Below, one piece after another: positions 1 through 9,769 of a stretch of 64,000 bases of DNA. The stretch lies in assembly GCA_963761335.1 (NCBI GenBank), contig CAVXGR010000015.1, positions 67,796 through 131,795 of the forward strand. The letters are read 5' to 3'. The first letter of the stretch is position 1, and every line of letters starts with the position of its first letter. The notes under the pieces are model-generated. The model worked only from the letters and a program-made list of their open reading frames with translations. It was not told the DNA's origin and ran no database searches. The position numbers and the translations under genes are program-made. The DNA comes from an uncultured delta proteobacterium (GTDB lineage: Bacteria; Desulfobacterota; Binatia; HRBIN30; BPIQ01).

Positions 1-30
1 GCCTTGCCGCGGCGTTGATGCTGCGCGTCA

Positions 31-1131
31 TTGCGCCGCTCTGCGTCAACTCCGGCGCATCTTTTTTCGCGGGAATCGCGAAAAGCTTGCTACAATGGGC
101 ACATGTCTCGATGGCGTCGCATACGCAGATGGCCGCGTCGGCGGATCATCTCGATGTGCACGCAATTGCTGACCAAACCGCTCAACTCCTACGAGCAGCG
201 GGTGCCCAACAATCTGGCGGCGTTGAAGAAGACGCTGCGCAAGGGCGACGTGCTGCTGGTGGAGGGCAATCAACGCGTCAGTCAAGTGATTCGCTATCTG
301 ACGCAGAGCTCCTGGTCGCACTCGACGGTCTACGTCGGCGACCACCTGCTCCACGGCGACCCGGCGATGGCCGCCGAGCTCCGGGAGCGCTTCGGGGAGG
401 ACGCCGAGCATCTGCTGATCGAGGCGGAGGTGGGCGCGGGCGTGATCGCCTCGCCTCTCAGCAAGTATGAGCGCCTGAACATTCGCATCTGCCGGCCGCA
501 GCAGATTCAGCGCGACGACGTCGAGCGCGTCATGGACTACGCCGTGGGCCACATGGGCACGCCGTACGACGTGCGCCATATCTGCGACCTCGGGCTGTAC
601 TTCTTTCCGGTAAGTTTGGTGCCGCGCCGCTGGCGTCGCGGCGCGCTGCAGCTGGGACGTGGATCCAGCCGCGCCGTCATCTGCTCGTGCATGATCGGCA
701 AGGCCTTCGCCCGCGTCGGCTATCCCATCCTCCCGGAGATGAGCAGAGTCGAGTCGGCGGTGTCCCCGGCGCGTCGCTGGCAGCGCCTGCTGCGGCGCAA
801 CGGCCGCCGCACCCTGGCGCGATTCCGCCAGCAGGACCTGGCGCTGATCACGCCGCGGGACTTCGACTTGTCTCCCTATTTCGAGATCGTCAAGTTCAAC
901 CACTTGGCCGATCCCAGCTTCAGCTATCGCGACATCGTATGGGAGGATGATCTCCCGGCAGAGCGCGGCGCCCCGGAGCTCCTACCACCGCCCCTAGCCG
1001 CGGCCGCCGCGGTCGAGGTGGTCGACGCCGTACCGCCGGCGTCCCCGAGCGCGCTTCAGCGGATTACGCGGATGTTCGGTTGGAGCGGCGAGTCGGCGGT
1101 GGCCAAGAACGTGCCGATCTCGACGCCCTGA
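31..1131 (+). CDS. YiiX/DUF830-like permuted papain-fold enzyme (hypothetical); start codon uncertain
   Basis: ORF-track translation contains ...GDVLLVEGNQRVSQVIRYLTQSSWSHSTVYVGD... plus a later conserved Cys, as remembered for the YiiX/C92 family. The end overlaps the convergent gene on the minus strand. Confidence 0.45.
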   Translation: MRRSASTPAHLFSRESRKACYNGHMSRWRRIRRWPRRRIISMCTQLLTKPLNSYEQRVPNNLAALKKTLRKGDVLLVEGNQRVSQVIRYLTQSSWSHSTVYVGDHLLHGDPAMAAELRERFGEDAEHLLIEAEVGAGVIASPLSKYERLNIRICRPQQIQRDDVERVMDYAVGHMGTPYDVRHICDLGLYFFPVSLVPRRWRRGALQLGRGSSRAVICSCMIGKAFARVGYPILPEMSRVESAVSPARRWQRLLRRNGRRTLARFRQQDLALITPRDFDLSPYFEIVKFNHLADPSFSYRDIVWEDDLPAERGAPELLPPPLAAAAAVEVVDAVPPASPSALQRITRMFGWSGESAVAKNVPISTP

Positions 1132-2354
1132 GGAAGAGCGTAGCTGGCGGACTCGAGCATGTGGTAGCCGCCCTCGACGCCTTCCCAGTGATCGAGGACG
1201 AAGCCGACTCCCGGGCAGACGCCCGGCACCGACTCTGGCGGATCGGCGAAATCGGGGCTCGATCGATACCAGAGGTGCTCGCGTACCGATGAGAGGCTCG
1301 GGCTCCGGCGGAGCCGCTGCACCAGCGTGAAGCGCGGGCCGCGCAGGGCGAACCACTCGCTGGAGATTCCATCCGGCGACGACTGCGGCGGCGGTTGCCG
1401 GCAATCGACGGGGATGGGGCGGGAAGCGCCGGGGACGAGCAGGTCCCATCGGCCCGGCAGGCCGCGAAAATCGAGGACGGCGCGCACCGAGATGTCGCTG
1501 AAGAAGTAGCGCGGCGGCACTCGCAGGCGCACGCTCACCGGCAGGTCGGCATAGTCGCGGTAGAAATACGTGTAGGAGCCGAAGCGGGGGGAGCGGATGC
1601 CGAAGCCGATGCGGATCGAGTGCTGCTGGCGGCGGATGACGCGGATCGGCCCGGCGCGCCAGGTTACCGGACCGCTGTCGAGGTCGCCCTCGTCGCGGCC
1701 GAAGCGCAGCAGTCCCCACAGCAGGGAAGCCCTGGCGCGGACCTTCAGGCGATCGAGCAGGTTGGCGCTGTGGTCGAAGGACAGGTGTTGTGGAACTGCG
1801 CCGCTGAATCCGAGACTGACGTCGGCGCCGCGGATACGGTCCGCGGCGGCATCGTACGACACGTAGGACATCGTCGATCGCGGCGGGCTCGAGGCGAAGC
1901 TGCCGAGGTAGACGCGCCGGGTCTCGAATCCCAGCGGGTCGCGTAGATCGACGGCGATCAGGTGTGCCGCCTCGAGCGGCTTCGCCGGGCTGTCGGCGGC
2001 GCCGGCATCCGCCGCCATGAACAGAAGAGTATCGTTGCGATCGAGCCGGCCGTCGCCGTCGGTCGGGTTGGGCTCCGCTCCGTGAGGCAGCACCCACTGT
2101 CCGGCGGCATTGCGCTCGTCAACCTGAAAGGGAATCGGCACGCAGTGGCTGCGGTCGCAGCGCAGCGCGCCGAGAGAATCGATCGGCTGTCGGAGCAGCG
2201 AACCGAGGGCGAAACCCTGGAGAGAAACGACTTCCCAGAAGCGCGGATCCGCGGCGCGCGCCGGCGTCGCCGCGACATGCAAGACGAGGGCGGCGAGAGC
2301 GGTGCAGAGCACCGCGCGACCGCCCCGGCGGCGGCGCTGGCGCGCGCGCCGCAT
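1056..2354 (-). CDS. secreted hypothetical protein (signal peptide MRRARQRRRRGGRAVLCTALAALVLHVAATPARA)
   Basis: Long minus-strand ORF. The internal Met at 2354 is followed by a basic n-region, a hydrophobic core and an AxA site, so the 1056-2546 ORF is trimmed to 2354. No recognisable domain. Confidence 0.4.
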   Translation of the reverse strand: MRRARQRRRRGGRAVLCTALAALVLHVAATPARAADPRFWEVVSLQGFALGSLLRQPIDSLGALRCDRSHCVPIPFQVDERNAAGQWVLPHGAEPNPTDGDGRLDRNDTLLFMAADAGAADSPAKPLEAAHLIAVDLRDPLGFETRRVYLGSFASSPPRSTMSYVSYDAAADRIRGADVSLGFSGAVPQHLSFDHSANLLDRLKVRARASLLWGLLRFGRDEGDLDSGPVTWRAGPIRVIRRQQHSIRIGFGIRSPRFGSYTYFYRDYADLPVSVRLRVPPRYFFSDISVRAVLDFRGLPGRWDLLVPGASRPIPVDCRQPPPQSSPDGISSEWFALRGPRFTLVQRLRRSPSLSSVREHLWYRSSPDFADPPESVPGVCPGVGFVLDHWEGVEGGYHMLESASYALPQGVEIGTFLATADSPLQPNIRVIR

Positions 2355-2487
2355 GCGTCTCAACTGGCTGCCGCACCAGCAGAAACAGCTTGACAATTGA
2401 CGGCGGCGTACAATATGGGTCGCGCCAGGGAGGGGCGGCCGACACAGTTCCACCCTGGTAACTGGCGAGCGAAGGAGGAGGATCCCT

Positions 2488-4422
2488 ATGATGCGGTTCG
2501 GGCTGAGGGCAGGGGGCATCGTCTGCGTCGCGGTCGTGTGCGTCACGATGATCGGGCTTTCGACGACGTCGGCGTACTATCTAGACAAAGAAGGGACGAT
2601 GAAGCTCGGCGTGAGGGCGTACGTCAACGCCCGCATCGGTACGGAGAAGACCGACAAGACCGTATTCAGGGACACGATTCAGAACCAGCTCATCGAGACG
2701 CTCCGCGCCTGGACCTTCCCCGAATCCGCCGCCGGTCATCTGCGCCAGAACCGCTTCTTCCTCGAGGTGGAGTTCAATCACGACCTCACTGATCTGATGC
2801 ACAAAAACTTCGGACCGCTGGCGCTGTTGAATGACCTGCCAATCAACATCCGCAAGATTGCTTACCACCTCAAGTACCGCGGCGAAGGGGAAGGCATTTA
2901 CGATTGGGGTCCTGGGGAGTTCCGTGATCGCGGTTCCTACCTCGAGCTCGGTACCAATCCCTCCGGCGTGTTCGATCCCCCCAGCACCTGCACCTTGGCC
3001 AGCTGCCCGCAAATCGACGGAACGCGCGCCATCCTGCATGACAAGGGGTCACACCGCAATCGCCTCTACGAGGCCTACGTCGAGGCGACGATCTCCAATC
3101 TGTTCCTGCGCTTCGGCCGCCAGGTGCTGGCCTGGGGCGAGACCGACGCCTTCCGCCTGATGGACAACATCAACCCGCTGGACTCGAGCTTCGGCGGCTT
3201 TCTCATCTCGCTCGACGAGCGCCGCGTGCCGATCGACATGCTGCGCGCCAGCTACTACCTCGGTGAGTTCGGCGACACCATATCCGAGGCGACCCTCGAA
3301 GGGTATGCCGCCCTCGACGACAAGGTGACCTACTATCCGGGGGCGCCCCACGGTTCCCCGTGGACGCTGCCCAACCTCGGCGACCCGAGCGGCACGACGG
3401 CCAACTACAGCTTCACCCCGCACCGCACCTTCAACGACATCCGCGGCGGCGCCCGGCTTCTGTGGAACGCTTACGACGTGACCTGGAGCGTCGCTCACTA
3501 CTACACCTATGCGGACAACCCGACGGTGCAGAGCTGCGTGGCTCCGGGCTTCCCGACGCAGCGCATCTCCAGCCAGCGCGGCGGCTCCGGCAACATCCCC
3601 GGCTGTCCGGTCGGCGCTATGGATCTGCCGCTCCAGCACCCGAGCGGCCTCAATCCGTTCACCAACCCGGTTGCTCCGCTGGCCTACACCATCCAGGCGC
3701 CGGCGAAGATGCAGATCAGCGGCGCCTCGGCGACTTTCACCATCCCGTCGAGGTTCTCCCGCCTGCTGGCTCTCAGCGGCGAGCCCGTGGTGCGCACCGA
3801 GCTGGCCTACTTCAAGGACGAGCCCGCCTTTACGCAGGCGTCGATCGACCCGTTCATCTACCATTTTCTCGAGCGCGAGCAGGGGACCTACCTGCGCAAC
3901 CTCAACACCGGCGGCATTCTGAAGAAGGATTCGATCAATTTCGTGGTGGGATTGGACCTCAATCAGTTCTTCCATTTCCTCAATCCGGTGAACAGCTTCT
4001 TCATCAGCACCCAATTCTTCTACAAGCACATCAAGAAGGCCAACGAGGACATCATCACTCCCACGGCGGCGCGTCCCACGCACCTGGTTCTGCCGGTGCC
4101 GGCCGCGAACGTCTCGCCGGCGGTGCAGCCGACCCTGGGCTCGGTGGAGCCGATTCTGGTGCGCAGCCAGGCCGACCAGTTCCTGCAGACCCTGCTGATC
4201 TCCACCTCCTATCGCAGCGGCACGGTGAACCCCAGCTTGACGCTGTTCTACGACTGGAGCGGCGCTATCGTGGTCATTCCAGCGGTCACCTTCGTCCACG
4301 ACCCCTTCCGCTTCAGCCTCGAGTACGACATCCTCGACGCCGCCAACCTGCTCGGCAACAGCGGCGTGAGCCTGCTGCGGGATCGCGACAACATCCTGTT
4401 TCAGCTGGAGTACGTCATATAG
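2488..4422 (+). CDS. DUF1302-like outer-membrane beta-barrel protein
   Basis: RBS aaggaggagga upstream of the ATG. N-terminal signal/TM segment (MMRFGLRAGGIVCVAVVCVTMIGLS) and a 644-aa protein rich in beta-strand-like repeats. First gene of a co-directional cluster with a BNR-like, an RND and a DUF1329-like gene, as seen in the conserved DUF1302/DUF1329 clusters. Confidence 0.55.
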   Translation: MMRFGLRAGGIVCVAVVCVTMIGLSTTSAYYLDKEGTMKLGVRAYVNARIGTEKTDKTVFRDTIQNQLIETLRAWTFPESAAGHLRQNRFFLEVEFNHDLTDLMHKNFGPLALLNDLPINIRKIAYHLKYRGEGEGIYDWGPGEFRDRGSYLELGTNPSGVFDPPSTCTLASCPQIDGTRAILHDKGSHRNRLYEAYVEATISNLFLRFGRQVLAWGETDAFRLMDNINPLDSSFGGFLISLDERRVPIDMLRASYYLGEFGDTISEATLEGYAALDDKVTYYPGAPHGSPWTLPNLGDPSGTTANYSFTPHRTFNDIRGGARLLWNAYDVTWSVAHYYTYADNPTVQSCVAPGFPTQRISSQRGGSGNIPGCPVGAMDLPLQHPSGLNPFTNPVAPLAYTIQAPAKMQISGASATFTIPSRFSRLLALSGEPVVRTELAYFKDEPAFTQASIDPFIYHFLEREQGTYLRNLNTGGILKKDSINFVVGLDLNQFFHFLNPVNSFFISTQFFYKHIKKANEDIITPTAARPTHLVLPVPAANVSPAVQPTLGSVEPILVRSQADQFLQTLLISTSYRSGTVNPSLTLFYDWSGAIVVIPAVTFVHDPFRFSLEYDILDAANLLGNSGVSLLRDRDNILFQLEYVI

Positions 4423-4582
4423 GGGTCAGAAACTTCTTGCAGTCTTCTGCGGCTCCATCCTAGACTGCGCGTCGCGGCGCTGCTGGGCGCCGTGTCGCGC
4501 CGGAACAAACCGGCCCCCGTCCGCGTTATTGTCCCGGACAGGGGCCATATGCTTACTTAGAGAAAGTACCCACGAAGAGAAG

Positions 4583-5605
4583 ATGAAAAGCACGCTCTTG
4601 GTCCGCGCGTCGTTCGCGGCGGCGGTGTTGATCGCGTCCGCCTCCGTTGGGCTCCGAGCCCAGCCCATTCCCGCCAATCGCCTTCGGCAGAACCTGTTCA
4701 GTGCCTGCTTCGTCTCCGACCAGGAAGGGTGGGCCGTGGGCGATCTGGGCCGCATTTTCCACACCACCGATGCCGCTCGCACCTGGGAGAGGCAGGAGGC
4801 GAACGTCAAGTATCCGTTCGCGGGGATCACCTGTCCCGACAAGGATCATATCTGGGTGGCGGGGCAGATGGGGCACATCTCCTTCTCCGCCGACGGCGGC
4901 AAGACTTGGACGGCGCAGGAATCCGGCACCGATCGCCAGCTGCTCGACATCAAGTTCGTGAATCCGCAGCTGGGTATGGCCGTCGGCGATCAGGGGCGCA
5001 TCATGCGCACGACGGATGGCGGCAAGACCTGGACGAGGATCGCGGTGCCGGAGCATGTCGCCCTGCCGCCCGACATCGCCGAGATCTACGCCCCCGGCGA
5101 CATGGTGCTGTATGCCCTATCCTTCGTCGACGAGCAGCACGCCTGGATCGGGGGCGAGTTCGGCGTCATCCTGCGCTCCGACGACGGTGGACTCACCTGG
5201 GAGTCCCCGGAGACGCCGGTCGACACCAGCCTCTTCGGCATCTACTTCGCCGATGCCGAGAACGGCTGGGCGGTGGGGATCGAGGCGACCATGCTGCACT
5301 CGACCGACGGCGGGCGGACCTGGACCAAGGAGAGCGTGCCGATCCCCAAGGAGTTCACTCTGTCGATCTACGACGTCTCGGTGCAGGGGCAGTACGGCTG
5401 GGCGGTAGGAGACAGCGGCTATCTGCTGAACTCGAAAGATGCGGGAGCGTCGTGGCAGCTGGTCGAAGAGCCCGTGCAGATGGGAAGTCACTGGTTCCGC
5501 GACGTGGTCTTGCGTCCGGACGACAGCGGCTTCATCCTCGGCTCCAGCGGGCTGGTCCTGGTCGCCAATCGCGATACCTACAAGGCACTGAAGGATAGAC
5601 TGTAG
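4583..5605 (+). CDS. Ycf48/photosystem-II-stability-factor-like BNR/sortilin-type beta-propeller protein
   Basis: Signal peptide MKSTLLVRASFAAAVLIASASVGLRA. Repeated motifs (GW/AVGDxGxIxxTxDGGKTW) occur about six times, typical of Ycf48-like BNR propellers. Internal Met 4583 chosen as start. Confidence 0.65.
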   Translation: MKSTLLVRASFAAAVLIASASVGLRAQPIPANRLRQNLFSACFVSDQEGWAVGDLGRIFHTTDAARTWERQEANVKYPFAGITCPDKDHIWVAGQMGHISFSADGGKTWTAQESGTDRQLLDIKFVNPQLGMAVGDQGRIMRTTDGGKTWTRIAVPEHVALPPDIAEIYAPGDMVLYALSFVDEQHAWIGGEFGVILRSDDGGLTWESPETPVDTSLFGIYFADAENGWAVGIEATMLHSTDGGRTWTKESVPIPKEFTLSIYDVSVQGQYGWAVGDSGYLLNSKDAGASWQLVEEPVQMGSHWFRDVVLRPDDSGFILGSSGLVLVANRDTYKALKDRL

Positions 5606-5629
5606 CAGCCCTCGAGGAGGTTTAGCCTT

Positions 5630-8152
5630 ATGATCCCCCGGCGGTGGATTGAAGCATATCTGCGATTTCTGCTCCGCTTCCGCGGCTCGGTCACGATTGC
5701 GGTCGCCCTGCTGACTCTGTTCTTCGGCATCGGTCTGAAGAACATCCGCCTGCATACCGACTTCTTCGACTTCTACCCGAGACACCATCCGTACATCCGG
5801 TTCTACAAGGAGTTTCGCCGGATGTTCGGCACCGCGAACATCATGAACGTCATCCTGGAGGTGAAGAACGGGGACATCTACAACCCCGAGACCCTCCAGA
5901 AGCTCGACCGCATCACCAAGTACATGGTGAACACCAAGGGGGTGGTCCCGTACCAGATCCTCTCGATTGCCCATCCGGCGGTGAACAGCGCCACGGTGCG
6001 TCAAGGGGCGATCCAGGTGCGGCCGGTATTCTACCCGGGGGTGCCGAAAACGCAGGAGGATGCCGAGCGCGTGCGATTCGCGGTGTACGCCAACCCCGCC
6101 ATCCGAGGCGTCTACGTCTCCAATGACGACACCGCGGCAGTGGTGAACGTGGGCTTCTGGGAGGAGGCCCTGGACTTTCGCTATCTGTACGCCCGGATGA
6201 AGGACCTGCAGAAGCAGGAAGACGACGCGAACCACAAGATCTACATCACCGGCTTCCCGTGGCTGTACACCTCGGTGCTGCAGTACACCAACGATCTCAT
6301 CGTCGTCTTCGGGCTGACCTTCGTCTCTCTCTCCTTTCTGCTGTACGTCTACTTCCGCACCTGGACCGGCATCTGGGTGCCGATGTTCTCCGGGGTTCTC
6401 TCGAGCATCTGGGGCCTGGGGATGGCCGCCTGGTTGGGATTCAATCTCGACCCGCTGGTGCTGGTGATTCCCATCTTTCTCACGGCTCGGGCCTTGAGCC
6501 ATTCGGTGCAGTCGATGGATCGCTACCACGAGGAGTACTATCGGCTGCACGACAAGAGCCAGGCGATCGTCGTTTCGTACTCGGCCCTTTTTCCGCCCGC
6601 CATCGCCTCGATCGTCACCGACGGCATCGGCCTTCTGGTGGTGGCCGTGGCCCCCATCCCGCTGATTCAGAAGGTGGCCATCTTCGCCAGCTTCTGGGTG
6701 GTCTCGATCTTCATCAGCGTGGTGACTCTGCACCCGATCATCCTCGGCTACATCAATCCGCCGCCGGAGCACTCCAGCACCGCGGGGCGGCAGCCGATGA
6801 GCATCCGCTGGGCGTCGCTGATCCTGGCGATGGGCGCCGGCGCCGCCGTGGCTCTCGATCAGCTCGGCATTCTGGACTCCCTTCTGGCTTTCTGCATCGT
6901 CTTTGCCCCGGTTTTTGCCTGGTACTGGCTGACCTACGCGGAAGACATCTATCCGTGGATCACCAACCTGGTGATCCAGGCCAGTGAAGGGTATCGGCGC
7001 TGGGTGGTGATCGGCCTCACCGTCTTCCTGTACGTCTTCCTGCCGTTCTACGGGTGGAGGTTGAAGGTCGGCGACATGACACCAGGAGCGGCGCTGCTGT
7101 TCCCCACCCACCCGTACAACGTCGCCTACAACCTCCTGAACACCAAGTTCCTCGGCGCCAGCCAGCTGATCGTCATTGCCGACACGCGGCGGCCGGACGG
7201 CGTGAAGGAGGTGGAGCCTCTCGAGGCGATAGAAGAGTTCGCCGACAACATGCTCGATGTCGAGGGCGCCAGCGGCTCGATCACCATCGTCGACATCGTC
7301 AAGCAGCTCAGCCGGCTGCAGCACGAGGGCGATCCGAAGTGGGGTGTGATCCCGGTGAACCCGAAGGAGATCGGGCAGATCATCTACACCTTCACCCAGA
7401 ACGCCACCGTCGGGTCGTTGAACTTCTTCATGGATCCGAGCGCGCGATACGGGTCGATCATCACCCTCTTCCACGAGCACTCGCACGACATCATCATGAA
7501 CGCCATCGCCAAGGCGAAGCAGTTCGGCGCCAAGTACGACGAATCGGGCCAGGTCCGTTTCCGGTATGCCGGCGGGCTGTTCGGCATCCTGGCGGCGGTC
7601 AACGAGGAGGTGGAGAACTCGTACTGGCGCCAGCTCATTCTCATCTACCTGATCGTCTACTTCTGCCTGTATCTCACCTACGGCTCGTTTTATGCCTCCG
7701 CCATCCTGATGATCCCGGTCATTCTCTCGCAGCTCGCTGCAGAGGCATTGATGTACTGGCTACATATCGATCTCAACGTGAACTCCTTACCCATTGCAGC
7801 GGCAGGTGCCGGGGTCGGAGTCGACTACGGCATCTACCACTTCAGTAGAATGTTCGATACGTACGATGAGATCGGCAAGCTCGACGAAGCGATCGACTAT
7901 GCCACCGCCACCACCGGCAAGGCGATCATCTTCACCGCCAGCACCATGGTGGCGGGCACCGTCTTCTGGTGGTTCTCTTCCCTGAAATTCCAGGCGGAGA
8001 TGGGGTTCCTGCTGGCCCTGCTGATGATCTTCAACACCTTCGGCGGTCTGGTGGTCGTGCCGGCGCTCGTCAAGGCGCTTCGACCGGGCTTCCTCGTGAA
8101 CCGCAAGCCCAAGAGGCTGAGCAGCCAGCCGCAGGCGGCTGTGGCCGGATGA
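5630..8152 (+). CDS. RND-superfamily (MMPL/HpnN-like) exporter
   Basis: 840 aa with two blocks of multi-TM segments and large periplasmic loops. RBS ggagg upstream. Sits between the BNR and DUF1329 genes. Confidence 0.75.
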   Translation: MIPRRWIEAYLRFLLRFRGSVTIAVALLTLFFGIGLKNIRLHTDFFDFYPRHHPYIRFYKEFRRMFGTANIMNVILEVKNGDIYNPETLQKLDRITKYMVNTKGVVPYQILSIAHPAVNSATVRQGAIQVRPVFYPGVPKTQEDAERVRFAVYANPAIRGVYVSNDDTAAVVNVGFWEEALDFRYLYARMKDLQKQEDDANHKIYITGFPWLYTSVLQYTNDLIVVFGLTFVSLSFLLYVYFRTWTGIWVPMFSGVLSSIWGLGMAAWLGFNLDPLVLVIPIFLTARALSHSVQSMDRYHEEYYRLHDKSQAIVVSYSALFPPAIASIVTDGIGLLVVAVAPIPLIQKVAIFASFWVVSIFISVVTLHPIILGYINPPPEHSSTAGRQPMSIRWASLILAMGAGAAVALDQLGILDSLLAFCIVFAPVFAWYWLTYAEDIYPWITNLVIQASEGYRRWVVIGLTVFLYVFLPFYGWRLKVGDMTPGAALLFPTHPYNVAYNLLNTKFLGASQLIVIADTRRPDGVKEVEPLEAIEEFADNMLDVEGASGSITIVDIVKQLSRLQHEGDPKWGVIPVNPKEIGQIIYTFTQNATVGSLNFFMDPSARYGSIITLFHEHSHDIIMNAIAKAKQFGAKYDESGQVRFRYAGGLFGILAAVNEEVENSYWRQLILIYLIVYFCLYLTYGSFYASAILMIPVILSQLAAEALMYWLHIDLNVNSLPIAAAGAGVGVDYGIYHFSRMFDTYDEIGKLDEAIDYATATTGKAIIFTASTMVAGTVFWWFSSLKFQAEMGFLLALLMIFNTFGGLVVVPALVKALRPGFLVNRKPKRLSSQPQAAVAG

Positions 8153-8211
8153 TCGCTCCATTGACAACGATTCTCTGAAGAGACAATTCTTCGAACGAGG
8201 AGGGAAAATTC

Positions 8212-9522
8212 ATGAAAATCAGCTCGCACGGGCGGCGCAACCTCCGCCGCGCGGTATGGGCGCTGACAATCGCCGCGATGTTTGCCACGCCGGCGATGGC
8301 CGAGGAGGATATGAAGCCCTGGATCCTCAACAGCAATAACTGGCAGCAAGCAAAGGATCTCCTTCCCGAGGTGGTTCTCAAGCGCGTGAAGGACGGCGAC
8401 TACTGGTTCAAGGTTCAACCCATCGACCCGGATAAGTTCAAGCAGAACTACTCGGAGAAGTTCTGGCAGGCGAGCGAGGCGAACGCGGGGAAGTACGACG
8501 TCGATCCGGCGACCTGCGGCCTGAAGGACGTGAAGACCGGGAAGATGCCGGACTTCTATTTCGGCTATCCGTTTCCGAAGATCGATCCGAAGGAGCCGAT
8601 GGCGGCGTGCAAGATGGCGTGGAACTTCGAGGCGGCGAACTCCATGGGCGAGGGCCAGGGGGCCACGTTCACGCTCAACGGCATCGACAGCAGCGGTGAG
8701 TTCAAGCGCATCAAGCTCTGGCTGCACACCAATTCCTACCTCGGCCGCACCGGCGGGCCGATTCCCAACCCCGAGAACCTGCGCGGTACCAGCATGACCA
8801 ACGTCCTCGAGCCGCAGGATGTCGACGGCGTCGCCGGACTGACCAAGCGGCTGAACGACTGGACGTCGCAGGACCAGTCCTGGTTCTTCGTTCCGTCCAC
8901 CCGTCGCGTCCGCAAGGTGAACGCGGCGACGCGTTCCGATCCGGTGGCCGGTCTCGACATCTTCGCCGACGACCTCAACTGCTACGGCGGAAAGATCGAG
9001 TACTACAAGTGGAAGCTGGTCGGCGAGGGGCAGATTCTGGCGCCGGTGCTGTCGCCGGGGACGCCGCTCAAGCAGCACTGGATCAACGACCATCGCGCCA
9101 CGGTCGACATCCCCTACTTCAAGGCGGTCTACGAGACGCCCGGAGCCAAAGGGATTCCCTGGCTGGTGGTCGAGAACTTGAGCATGATTCCGCGGCCGGT
9201 GTGGATTCTCGAGGGCGAGTCCGAAGACCCGTACTACAACTTCGGCAAGGTCATCATGTACATGGACAAGGACATGTACCGCATCTGGTGGAAGCTGGTG
9301 CACAACCGCTCGGGCGAGTACTTCTACAACGCGGCCTGCGCCTACCACTGGTCGAAGAACGACGACGGCACCTTCGCCACGGTCACGCCCAACATGGTGG
9401 TCGGCGTGAACGACAAGACCAACCGCGCCTGCCTGGCGGGTCGCTACAGCTCGCAGTTCATCGAGCGCAAGTATCCCGACGACTACTTCACGCTGCGGCA
9501 CCTGACCGTTATGTCCGACTGA
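8212..9522 (+). CDS. DUF1329-like periplasmic (LolA-fold-like) protein
   Basis: Signal peptide (MKISSHGRRNLRRAVWALTIAAMFATPAMA), 436 aa, and its position downstream of the RND gene. The family assignment is from memory of DUF1329 sequence features and the conserved DUF1302 gene neighbourhood. Confidence 0.55.
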   Translation: MKISSHGRRNLRRAVWALTIAAMFATPAMAEEDMKPWILNSNNWQQAKDLLPEVVLKRVKDGDYWFKVQPIDPDKFKQNYSEKFWQASEANAGKYDVDPATCGLKDVKTGKMPDFYFGYPFPKIDPKEPMAACKMAWNFEAANSMGEGQGATFTLNGIDSSGEFKRIKLWLHTNSYLGRTGGPIPNPENLRGTSMTNVLEPQDVDGVAGLTKRLNDWTSQDQSWFFVPSTRRVRKVNAATRSDPVAGLDIFADDLNCYGGKIEYYKWKLVGEGQILAPVLSPGTPLKQHWINDHRATVDIPYFKAVYETPGAKGIPWLVVENLSMIPRPVWILEGESEDPYYNFGKVIMYMDKDMYRIWWKLVHNRSGEYFYNAACAYHWSKNDDGTFATVTPNMVVGVNDKTNRACLAGRYSSQFIERKYPDDYFTLRHLTVMSD

Positions 9523-9545
9523 GGTCCGCCCGCGTCGGTGGCGGA

Positions 9546-9582
9546 AGGGGCGGGGGCAATTGCCCCCGCCCCTTTTCTTTTC
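9546..9582 (+). terminator. rho-independent terminator after the DUF1329 gene
   Basis: GC stem GGGGCGGGGGCAA/TTGCCCCCGCCCC followed by TTTTCTTTTC. Confidence 0.7.
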
Positions 9583-9769
9583 GGCCTCCGCCCCCGCCTC
9601 CCGACCCTTGACAACTCCCAAGGGTTCATAGTTTATCTCGCTGCGCATCAGGGCGGAGCGCAGAGGAGAGGGCAGTGAGGCGGGGTGCCGCGAGATGCCA
9701 GCGGATAGCCGAGCGCCTCGTGCCGCGGCGATCGTCACCGCGGTCGGGTCAAACGAAGGGAGGGGGGAA

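Noticed and set aside
2390-2414. TTGACA ... TACAAT upstream of the DUF1302 gene as a sigma70 promoter
   Set aside because: The spacer is only 13 nt, so it is not callable as a canonical promoter.
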